Assembly: GCA_965153355.1 (NCBI GenBank)
Contig: OZ231126.1
Coordinates: forward strand, 12,958,001 to 13,022,000
Direction: 5' to 3'
Length of the DNA stretch: 64,000 nt
Source of the DNA: Flaccisagitta enflata
Taxonomy: Eukaryota
The position numbers and the translations under genes were made by a program. A model generated the notes under the pieces. That model was not told the DNA's origin, did not search any database, and saw only the letters and a list, made by a program, of their open reading frames with translations. Shown in pieces: positions 14,519-25,991 of the stretch (positions are counted from its first letter, which is position 1; each line of letters starts with the position of its first letter).

Positions 14519-14940
14519 CAGTGGCGGCGAGAGAAATGGGGGGCCCCCCACTAGACCCTTTGACCGCTGTACAGAAAAAAGATCATATAATCCAAGTGAT
14601 CATGTCTTTTTTTTTTCATATTGTTTTCTACCTCTACAGAGGCCCCTTTCTTACCTCTCTATAATAATTTGTTTTTCACTGATGAATGGGCATCATTTTG
14701 TTTTAATTGGGGCCCCTCTCTCAACTTACTTTTTTTGTCTTTTTCTATTTTTTTTTCTCTTTCTTTGCCTCTTTTTTTTTCTCTTTCTTTTTCTTTTTTT
14801 CCTTTTTTTTTCCCCTTTTTTTCTTTTTCCTTTTTTCCCCTTTTTTTTTCTCCTTTTTTTCTTCCAGGGGCCCCCTGGGCTCCCCTGGGACCCAGGCCCC
14901 CCCATATTGTATGGAGGTGTCCCCCCTCTCCCCGCCCCTG
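14519..14940. mobile_element. hAT-like MITE (CAGTGGCGG...CCGCCCCTG) with GGGGCCCC motifs
   Basis: Short TIRs; diverged 8-bp TSD ACACCAGA/ACACGAGG. Confidence 0.6.
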
Positions 14941-15158
14941 ACACGAGGTATCAGTACAAGTGACCCAGGTCTTGGGGTCGCAGGGCCTGTTGATTTCTCT
15001 TTTCAGATCTATCAACCACTAAACTACCGAAATTTACGAAACATGGCGGGAAAAAATGATGAAGATACCAAGATTATAAGCTATCAAGATTTACGAAACG
15101 CCGGAATGAAAAAGCGTACGAATGCAGTACTTTAATATGATACGATACCAATCTCAAA

Positions 15159-15320
15159 TTTTTAGTCCCGGACACGCGACTCTACACCTTGGTCCGTCGG
15201 TCGGTCCGTCCGTCCGTCGATCGGTCCGTCGGTCGGTCACATTTTTGAATTACGAGCGGTTTTCGCACTACTGCTCCTGCCCAACCGTCCGCGACTGGAT
15301 TGCCGTGTATCCGGCCTTGT
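15159..15320 (+). mobile_element. HINE-like copy
   Basis: TTTTAGTC..GGACACGCGACTCT (GTCC/G)n ... CGCGACTGGATTGCCGTGTATCCGGCCTTGTT; similar copy at 36810-36967. Confidence 0.75.
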
Positions 15321-16544
15321 TGTTCTTCACTGCCAACCCCATCCACACCCAACGTCCCACCCAACCCCAATTCTAACGCAGACACGGACTAAAAAAGCTT
15401 TAAAACGCTCGTTTCCCCATTTTTCTACTCATGCTCGTGGACCGACAGATGGACAGACTGACGGACAATGCCTCCTATAGAGTTGCGTGTCCGCAACAAA
15501 AAAGTTTGTGACGATCTGAGTAATCAAGTTATCGGTTGAAAAGATTTGTTACTGGCCTGTCTGTTGGTATGCGCAGTTTTGTGTGTGTGGAGTGGAGGTG
15601 TATTCCCCTACTCACCCATCTGTGACAATATTGTAACCCCACTTTATTTCGAATAATGGAAATAAATCATTTTTCTTTCCTCATTTCTCAAATTCGTTCT
15701 GGGCAGTGATATACGCATCCACAATTTTCCATTGAAGCATCAAAAATTGATGATAGAGTGTACTTAGAATTAGTATCTGTTTTAGGTTGAATTCCGTTAA
15801 AAGTGGGTCTGTTGCAGCCGGGTTCAACTGTAGTAGATTTTTGACAGACATACATAAATGGACAGACAAACAACATCCAATAATTGCTTTTGCGAAGACT
15901 GATGCATCGGATACAGTCAGCCTGTCAGGAAAATGATCATTCCCGGTTTAGTTAGCTAGTTAGTCGCAAAAAGTTGAAGTACAGTGTGTCATGTTAGCAC
16001 ACTACTTGGTACCAAAGGTAGGTTGTTGAGAATTGGGCAGTTTTCACTCCACTTGTAGTCGCGGGCAAGCAGCTCTGCAAGAGGGTTTGTCCGTCCATCT
16101 GTTGGTCCGCTAGCTCGTCAGTTCGTTGGTCCATGAGGCGGGGACGTGGATCTTGAGGCGGGGGGGGGAGGTGGGGGTACGCAGAGGAAGGAAATGGAGG
16201 AGAAATTTTCCATTTTGTGATCATTGGTCCTCTTGGGGCCGCTGCCCAAAAAAAGTAGTTGCCAACCAACGGACTGACAACCAAAGGGCAAAGCAGGGTA
16301 TACAGTCGCGTAGCACGTGACTAAAACGAAAGTGAAGCTCCCTCGGGAATTTTCCGTTTTATTATCCGCTGTTGACTAACAAGGCCGGACAATTCAGCCA
16401 CAGATGGTGGGGCAGGAGCAGTGTAGCAACAAGGCCGGGTACACGGCCAATACCAGTTGCGGACGGGTGGGCAGGGGCGGAAATGTGCGTGTTCACACTC
16501 CGACGGACCAATGGACAAAGTCTCTTATAGAGTTGCGTGTCCGC

Positions 16545-17863
16545 TAGGGCCAACGGTTTTTGCATCAAATCAATTGAACACCCCAGTCTGCAGCTTAAAC
16601 AGACTATGTCCACTGTTGAAACTACTGCTATATGAAGTTCCGTGATTTTAGAGGTGCAAGATTGGATATTTTGATCATAACTTGATGGTGGCTGTGGCAA
16701 AATGTCAAACTTGTCATTTTGGCCAAATTGGCCTTCCTTAGCCTCCAAGAAATCAACCCACATAAAACTAGAGCTCACACATCACAGTGGTAATCCGCAT
16801 GAAATATCATTTTGTTTAGATTTGAGAGTTAAAGATGATTTGTAGGAAAACGTATTAATTTGCGGCACGGATTTTTCATTAAATTTGAACATTGGTAGTT
16901 TTGGGACGATTGCCCGCATGGAAACTGGTGATCACTGAATAGTTTCAACACGATGTAAAACTTTGATCGAATGTTTAGATCAGCAATGTTTTATAAATTG
17001 AACAATTTTGATGAAAAACTAATACTTTATTCTATAAAGATTAGGTCCATGAGCATTAGTATTGTCAGAGTTAATTAGCAGCTGATGTGTCAATAGTTTG
17101 TCATTTAGATTTTATAGAACTTGTGCTTAAAATACCCAAAAAGTGCTACTACTTTGACATACCCTTAGGACTTTAAAGTTCTATAAAATCTAAATAAAAC
17201 ATGGCTGACACGCCGATTGCACCATTGGTTAGCTCCTGAGCAGGACCTTATTGCTCATGGATTTTAAGTCTTTTTATAAATAGGAAGTTGCCTAATTTTT
17301 CATCCAAAATTGACCAATTTGCAAAAAAATTGACTTTAATGCCTTCACAGTCTCTAAAATTTTGGGGGAATATTTGTACAAAAAAATTTTTCACCATCAG
17401 CTAGAATAGGAAAAACTCTTGAATTTGATCATCCATTTCCTGCAGATTGGTCCATCCAAAGTCGCAATGTATTGAAATTTGAGAAAATGTCAAAATTGCC
17501 ACTGAAATTGAAGCACCTTTCCTACAAACCCTTTCTCATCTTGAAATGCTCTAAATCTAAACGAACTTAGAAAGAACATGCGGATTGCACCACTTAGTGA
17601 GATTCTGAGCTCTAGTTTTATAATCTCATGGATTTTAGGTTTGATTTATGGGTAGTGACGATTTTGATTTGGCTAAAACAATTAGTTCTTGACATTTTTA
17701 CCACAACCATCATCAAGTTATGATCAAAATATCAAATCTGGCACCTCTAGATCACGGAGAAAAGTCATATAGCGAGTAGTTTCCAACAGTATAGACATAG
17801 TCTGTTTAAAAAAGCTGCAGGCTGGGGTGTTCAATTGATTTGTTGCAAAAACCGTTGGCCCTA
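16545..17863. mobile_element. Non-autonomous hAT element with long TIRs
   Basis: TAGGGCCAACGGTTTTTGCA termini, inverted similarity over >150 bp, perfect 8-bp TSD GTGTCCGC (16537-16544 and 17864-17871). Confidence 0.92.
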
Positions 17864-18180
17864 GTGTCCGCAACTAAAAACAGCTCGTAATTCTAAAATG
17901 TGACAGACTGATGGAACTACCGACAGACCGACACGGCAAGGTGTAGAGCCGTGTGCGACTGAAAATGGAAGCCATTTGTGAATTGTGCACTTTGGATCGC
18001 AAAAATCAGGCCGAATTTGGCTGAGAATAGTGAGGGCTTTTTAGGCTACTGGATAAGAGGATGGAAGGATAGACAAATATATGGAAGCTCATCCCTTTAT
18101 TATTTAGGAAATCAACATATTGGGCCCCCGCCCAAAAAGTGTCTTGGCTCAACAAAACGACCAATGGTTCGATTGACATA

Positions 18181-19303
18181 CAGTAGATCTTGTCTAGACT
18201 TGAGATAACGGGGGCAAGTAACACCTGTCCGCATATTATTGTCCCAGTAGTGTCACAACTTTAGATGCCTCACTACGGCTGGTGAGGAACAATATAAATC
18301 TCTGTTATTGGATGTCAGATGAGTATTTCCTAGTATGTTTCATATTGTTTTCTGTATTTAATCCCATTTTGGTTGCTTCATATCAACTTAATCAACCCTT
18401 GACCACTATCCAGCAACGCCCAGGTTTAAATTTTTCTATAGCTTTGGTTTGAACTTTTAAAAGGTTCATTTCTAAGAAATCCATCAAAATCCATGGGCAA
18501 ATTGAAGAACTTTTTAAAGGCTTTTTAGCCGTGAAATCTGCATCTGAGTATCTATCTTTATACAGATTTGGTAGGAATCTGAAGTTGATTAGGTTTTTCT
18601 GGTAATTTTGCCATGATTTGCATGGGCAATGTTTTTACTGTTTTTGATCTAATTCGATTTTGCATGAAGCAATCCAGGCAAAATTCACGAGCAAAATAAA
18701 GATTTTTTCGAGCTCTAACTGGCAAAAACTGCATGTTCAATATCCTCGTTTTGATTTGACAGTCATTTGATTTTGGGACAATAATATGCGGACAGGTGTT
18801 ATTGAGGAAAAAATAAACGAAGTCAGGAGCAGATATTTCAAACATGATCACTGACGGATAGCTATGATGCCCGCGAGCTGGTTGCCATGGAAACACATTT
18901 CCACGTATTTCAAAGATCAACACTTGAGAGATTTTTATGAACATTGCTTAAAAAAAATTGGCATAACTTTCACAGTATAACTCAAGAATGTCGCCGCTTA
19001 GCGGTTGCTAGGCTGTCACACATGGATACGCTCCTCAGCACCACAAACGAGGCTGTGGACATTCTTACAAAGAATGATACTGTGGAAAATTGCAGTAAAA
19101 TTTTATTTCACAATGTTCCTAAAAAATCTCTCATATTGATACTTTAAGCGGACACGCATGGAAATGTGTTTCCATGGCAACCGGCTATCATGGGGAATTA
19201 ATCATCCTTTGATTAGTCTATGATCCAAATATCGCTCCCCTGCCTTCATTCGTCTTTCCACAATGCTTGCCCCCATTATCTCAAGTCTAGACGAGATCTA
19301 CTG
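18181..19303. mobile_element. Tc1/mariner-type MITE
   Basis: ~38-bp TIR CAGTAGATCT..TCTAGACTTGAGATAA.GGGGGCAAG, TA TSD on both sides. Confidence 0.88.
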
Positions 19304-19335
19304 TAGGCATTGTATAAAACATGCGACTGAAGAAA

Positions 19336-19383
<48 letters not shown>

Positions 19384-19423
19384 GTCGATTGACATAAGCA
19401 TTGTATAAAATATGCGACTGAAG

Positions 19424-19484
<61 letters not shown>

Positions 19485-19548
19485 TCGCGTAAAGAGATCA
19501 AGAATAACATAAGCATTGTATGAAATATGCGACTGAAGAAACACACAC

Positions 19549-19579
<31 letters not shown>

Positions 19580-19637
19580 CAGTTTGCGTAAAGAGATCAA
19601 GAATAACATAAGCATTGTATGAAATATGCGACTGAAG

Positions 19638-19685
<48 letters not shown>

Positions 19686-19710
19686 CGCGTAAAGAGATCA
19701 AGAATAACAT
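19304..19710. repeat. Tandem repeat of ~100-bp units, each with a variable (CA)n tract
   Basis: Four occurrences of GCATTGTATRAAAYATGCGACTGAAGAAA followed by (CA)n. Confidence 0.9.
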
Positions 19711-20862
19711 CTTGTCTTGGGTGGATAGAGGGTGAGCGTCTTGTGACTACAAAAATCGGAATTATTCCTGTGATATTATAACGGTCCCACGAGAAAGTGA
19801 GTAAGCAAGCACGCCAACGGAGTGAGCGAGGAAAGCAAGGGTAGTGAAGAGGAGCAAAGTGGAGCAAAGTGGAGCACCGCGGAGCGAATGAGCAGTGCGA
19901 GCAAACGAACAAACGTAGTGAGCGACCAACAGGCCTGTTTAAAAATGTGGTCGTCTGTGGCCCTTATTGGTTACAAACACGCAACTCTGTAAGAGGCTTT
20001 GTCCTTTTGTAGGTCCGTCTGTCCGCTGGTCCCTCCATCCATTGGTACCTCCATCCGTTGGTAAGTATTTCTAGAGGCGCATTTACAAGACACATTTCCT
20101 GAAACCAACGACCCCAAGAGTTACGAAAAACAGAAAAAGGATTTTTAAGGGGACCTGATGATGAATTTTTAAAAACTCACAAGAAAAAAATATTCTTTGA
20201 TTTTTGATATTTCAAATCCAAATATACCCTTTTTTTCATTTTTAACCAAAGGAAGTCTTTAAAAAAACTTAATAAATTTTTTGAGAAAATTTTTTTTCTT
20301 ATCAAATTTTTTTTTTTTGAACAGATTTTTTACTAAAAAAAAACATCTTTTGAAGAAAAAAAATTTTTTTGAAAGATTCATTGAATTTTTTTAAAGATTT
20401 CCTTTAGTTTTTTGATAAAAAGAAGGGTATATTTGGATTCAGCATATCAAATTCTATAAAATATTTTGTTTTCATATTTTTTGAAAATTTGAAGAATTTT
20501 TTAAGGGAGTTCCCTTAACCAAAAAATAAAAATGAAGGCATATTTGGATTCAGCGTAATGAGAACTACAATATATTTTGCTTTCAGCAATTTTTTAAAAA
20601 AAGACTATGTCCCCTTAACAATATTACCCTCGGGTGATTTGTTGCATTTTGGTAACAAAGGTAATACACATAAGCCCTTAACTATTTTGGTAAGGAGTTT
20701 TCTTTTGGGTTAGAGTGAGATGGAATGTTATTCAGATTCTGTTTTATGGAAAACTAGGAGTGATGCGCGTAGTAACTAGTCAGTGAGGGCTCACAAGGCC
20801 CTCTTCCATTTGTTTTAGTTTGGGTATAGTGAGGGATGTTGTTCCACCTATCATTAATCAGA

Positions 20863-22380
20863 ACAAGGCCAACACCTTTAAGTCGCGTGCGAGACGATGG
20901 TAACTGAATTGACCTGACTCCTTATTGTATCACTTTATTGACTTAATCCAGACTTAAACCAGACTTAAACCAGACTTAAACCAGACTTAAACCAGACTTA
21001 AACCAGACTTAAACCAGACTTAAACCAGACTTAAACCAGACTTAAACCAGACTTAAACCAGACTTAAACCAGACTCAAACCAGACTCAAACCAGACTCAA
21101 ACCAGACTCAAACCAGACTCAAACCAGACTCAAACCAGACTCAAACCAGACTCAAGCCAGACTCAAACCAGACTCAAACTAGACTCAAGCCAGACTCAAG
21201 CCAGACTCAAAGCAGACTCAAGCCAGACTCAAGCCAGACTCAAGCCAGACTCAAGCCAGACTCAAACTAGACTCAAACCAGACTCAAACCAGACTTAAAC
21301 CAGACCTAAACCAGACCTAAACCAGACTTAAACCAGACTTAAACCAGACTTAAACCAGAATTAAACTAGATCTTAACCAAACTTAAACCAGACCTTAACC
21401 AAACTTAAATCAGATCTAAACCAGAATGACTTATAGTGACTCAGAATGACAAAGAATGACTTAAAATGACTAAAAATGACTTAAAATGATTTAAAATGAC
21501 TTAAAATGATGTAAAATGACAAAAAATGACAAAAACTGCAATCACAAAAAAAATGACCTAAATTGACTTAGAATGACTTAGAATGACTTAGAATGACTAA
21601 AAATGACTTAAAATGACTTGAAAAGACATAAAACGGCGAAAAAATGCTAAACCTTACAGACTCGGACTGACTTATAGTGACTCAGAATGACTTCTAGTGA
21701 CTCAGAATGACTTCTAGTGACTCAGAATGACTTCTAGTGACTCAGAATGACTAAGAATGACTAAACTCTTAAGCCAAACTTATACTAGACTAAAACCAGA
21801 CTTAAACCAGACATAAACCAGACCAGAATCAGACATAAACCAGACTTAAACCTGACCTAAACCAGACTTAAACCAGACTTAAACCAGATTTAAACCAGAC
21901 TTTAACCAGACTTTAACCAGACTTAAACCAGACTTAAAATGACTTAGAATTACTAAGAATGACTTGAAATGAATTGAGATGACTTGAAATAACTTTAAAT
22001 GGTGTAAAATGACAAAAACTTCAAAAGTCAAAAAATGACTTTGGGTGACTAAGAATGACTTAGAATGACTTAGGATGACTTAGGATGACTTAGAATGACT
22101 TTGAATAAATTAAAATGACTTAAAATGACTTAAAATGACATAAAACAACAAAAACTTCAAAAGTCAAAAAATGACTTAAAGTGACTTTGAATGACTTGGA
22201 ATGACTTAGAATGACTTAGAAGGACTTAGAAAGACTTACAATAACTTAAAATGACCTGAAATGACTTAAAATAATAAAAAGCAACAAAAAAAGCTAACGA
22301 AAGCAAAGTGTGACAGACGGACCAACCGACAGACAGACGGACAGAGTGGGTCATAGAGTCGCGTGCACGCGACTAAAAAT
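20863..22380 (-). mobile_element. Helentron/DINE-like non-autonomous element carrying 11-bp (AAACCAGACTY) and 10-bp (GAATGACTTA) satellite arrays
   Basis: Ends AACAAGGCCAACACC..AAGTCGCGTGCG and (GACR)n..AGAGTCGCGTGCACGCGACTAAAAA; ~1.3 kb internal tandem arrays. Confidence 0.8.
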
Positions 22381-23211
22381 AGGATCAATGAAAAATATCA
22401 TTCTTTGCAAAAATGCAAAGAAATAAAAAAAGATTCAAAAATTCATAACGCCAAAACTAATGAACGTAGAGACTTCTGGTTGGTGCCATTTGAAAGAGAA
22501 AATCAAGAAATATCAAAAAATGTATACTCCCAGCCCGAAAAATATCCAACTTCCCAAAATTGCCAAAAAAAATGGAAAACTTTATTTCTCCCCTACGTTT
22601 CAAAAAGTCGAATTACGTAATTCGACTTTTTTCCAATAACAGACAAAATATTTGACATAAAACCTTGAAATTTTGATACAAAAACGTTAAACATGCTACA
22701 AGAGGAAAAAAAGAAGAAATCATAATATTGGCTATGAGAGGCACACCATCAATTTAGAATAAGTCAGTTGCAATTGAAGACCCTGTATGTCCCGCACGCG
22801 ACTTATAGGTATTGGCCTTGTTTTTATTCAAGACCTGGTAAAAACACTGAAAAAAAGCGAAATCTTTCCACTTTTAAAGATCATTTGCTTCTTTACCTTA
22901 TCTCAAATCATTGATCGGAGAAGCAGGAAAAGGGGGGGGGCGTTAATTGGAGGGGAGGGGCGATAAATGGAAAAAAATATGTATCATATTATTGTATCTC
23001 AAAATTAAAATATGTACCGAAGATATTAATCTTCTGTAATGTGAATAAGGATGTAATTTACTGACTTTAAGCAAAGAAAAAAAATGACCCCCAAAATCAA
23101 GGGTCAGTAAATATTGCTGTCATTTTGATTTTAGTAACAATTTAGCATGGCATATCCGGATATTTCTTAACATGCTTCAACACAACCTTGAAATGCTTAA
23201 AGAATATGTTT

Positions 23212-24138
23212 TTAACAGATGACCAATGGCAAGCGTTGGTTGAAAGCTTTGTGAGTTTTCATGTGTTTTTCCGCATTGTCCTTCCGGTTAAATGCTCTGT
23301 AACAGACCTCACATTTAAATGACTTTTCACCAGTATGGGTCCTTTCGTGTTTCACTAGATGGTCCTTCCTCAAGAATTCAGATGGACAAGCTCCACATTT
23401 GAATAGCTTTCCACCATTGTGAGTTTTTTCGTGTTGCACTAATTTGTCTTTTCTCAAGAATTCAGATGGACAAGTTACACATTGAAATGATTTTTTACCA
23501 TCATGGGTTTTTTCATGTTGCGCTAGTTTATCCCTTCTTGAAAATTCAGATGGACAAGCTTGACACTTAAATGGTTTTTCACCTGTGTGGATTCTGACGT
23601 GTTGCATCAATTTGTCCTTTCTAATGAATGTAGATGCACAAGTATCACATTGAAACGGTTTTTCATCGACGTGAATTTTTTTGTGTCTCATCAGTTTGTC
23701 CTTTCTCGAGAATTCCGATGGACGATCTTCACATTTGAAGGTTTTTTCGGCGAAAGTTTTCTTTTGGGATTCGTTTAAATTTCTCTCACTAGAAACTTTA
23801 ACGTGGGAAGTGTCGTGTTGATTTGAGGCACTTTCTCCAGTGACACTGATATCATCCAGTTTGAATGGCTTTTTGTCAAAGCACGCGTGTGATGCTTGGT
23901 GTCGCACTAAATGTACTTTTCGCGAAAATCCACATGAGCAAAGTTCACATTTGAACATAGTTTTACCGGTGTGGGTCTTTTTGTGCCTTGCTAAGTGTGA
24001 TTTGTTTGGAAATTCCAGATAACATACGTCGCAATGGAAAGGCTTTTCGCCGATGTGAATTTTCTTATGTCGTGCCAAGTGATGGCTGCGTGAAATGGTC
24101 GAAGAACACACATCAAACTTCGCATCAATTAGAGTCAT
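23212..24138 (-). CDS. C2H2 zinc-finger protein, 308 aa, 9 finger units (7 canonical, 2 degenerate)
   Basis: Repeated C-x2-C-x3-F-x5-L-x2-H-x3-H with HTGEKPF-like linkers; in-frame stop upstream of the ATG. Confidence 0.88.
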   Translation of the reverse strand: MTLIDAKFDVCSSTISRSHHLARHKKIHIGEKPFHCDVCYLEFPNKSHLARHKKTHTGKTMFKCELCSCGFSRKVHLVRHQASHACFDKKPFKLDDISVTGESASNQHDTSHVKVSSERNLNESQKKTFAEKTFKCEDRPSEFSRKDKLMRHKKIHVDEKPFQCDTCASTFIRKDKLMQHVRIHTGEKPFKCQACPSEFSRRDKLAQHEKTHDGKKSFQCVTCPSEFLRKDKLVQHEKTHNGGKLFKCGACPSEFLRKDHLVKHERTHTGEKSFKCEVCYRAFNRKDNAEKHMKTHKAFNQRLPLVIC

Positions 24139-24400
24139 ATCTGCTTTGATTATTTCGTTTACTTTTTCAGTATGAAGTCGATATTTCTTGTTGAGTTTTA
24201 CAAGTTATGTAGTGGAGGATTTCAGTTGGAGCTTTAGCGAAAGTGTTTATGCTTGGAAATTGATAAAGACGCATAGAGAGTTAAGATGGGGGAAAAATGA
24301 TTCTATTCGTCGTCGGTATCATGCCTAGTTGGGAGCTCTTTTCTTAAAACAATAGACAATGTAAACAACCACTCGATTGCAATCGTCACCTTGATTAAGT

Positions 24401-24523
<123 letters not shown>

Positions 24524-25634
24524 GACTCAACGACTGAGCGAGAAACGGTTTGATCCGGATATCATCAGTAAGGTAGCGACAAGCGACACAAAATTTCAAA
24601 CATATTCAAGTTTCACCATGTATGCTGTTTGCATGATGCAATAATGTGTCAATTGATAGTAATAGACTGATTGCGTTCGATCAAAACCGAAAATGAAACA
24701 AACGTTTTCAAAGGACTGTACCTAAATTCCATATCATGCACGATCTGAAAAAGTATTGTTGGTCTTGGTTATGGGGTCTACAGGCGACTCTATACGTTGC
24801 TGTTGCCGTCGGTCGATCGGTCGGCAACATCTTTGAATTGCAAGTGGTTTTTGGATTGCTGCCCCTACACAACCGATAGCGGCTGGGATGCCTTGCATTT
24901 GGCCTTTTTCTGTTCGTTGTTCCGTCGGTTCATTATGTCATCAGTCACATGTTTTTTTGCGCCCCTGCCATCGCCCCTTCCCACCCGCACACGCCTCAGG
25001 TAGCCATGTATCCAGCCTTTTTATTTTTTCATCAAGAAAGTACAAAGTATCTGCCCACCTTGTCGCTGCTCATGTTGCCGTGTATCCGGCCTTTTTCGTT
25101 ATGAAATACAAGGCATCTGTCTTTACCCCTGCCATGCCCGTCCCCACGCGCTACGTGCATCTAACCGTGCATCCGTTTTATGGCATCAAAGAGCATCTGC
25201 TGCAAGCTGACAAAGACATTGAGAAATGAAATCGGTTTGCTTTAAAGTACTTGCGCACGCAATTTGGGCACTCAAAACTGAAAATTCCATCTTATCTTAC
25301 ATCTCATAACTACATCAGATTAGTCGAAAAAATGTTTCCAAATGAACTCCATTTGCATGAAAAATGAACATTCTACAACTTCAAATCGATTATTTCATTT
25401 TCAAGCGTTCAACCTAAATTATTGTCAGTAAGCCGGCCCCATGGTCCATGTCATGTTTCGGTGCTTTTCAAACATGGAAAATTTGAAAGAAAATGAAAAA
25501 GATTTAAAACAAAGAAAACTTTTTCTCCTTTCTTTCCGTTTGAAGTGTTTTGAGGAAAACGGCGTTTTAAAAAAGAATATGGCGCTGGAGGCTATCTTGA
25601 GCAATCAAGTACCCTTTTGAAGGCAAATGGTAGA

Positions 25635-25680
<46 letters not shown>

Positions 25681-25902
25681 AGACTAATGAGTGTGGAGGG
25701 TAATCGACGACGTTAGCCACTTCCTGCTTTGGGAGAGACGCAGAGGATTCTAGTGACTTCACGACAGTCGACAGAATTGGCTTGAAGATGGTTCATGGAA
25801 TCAAAGTCGGGATTTTATCCTTTTTCGAACATCTCATTCAAATCTTAGATATTACGCTTTTGTTTCTTCTCCTTCTCCCTTGAGAGAAGAAGAACAACAA
25901 GG

Positions 25903-25991
<89 letters not shown>

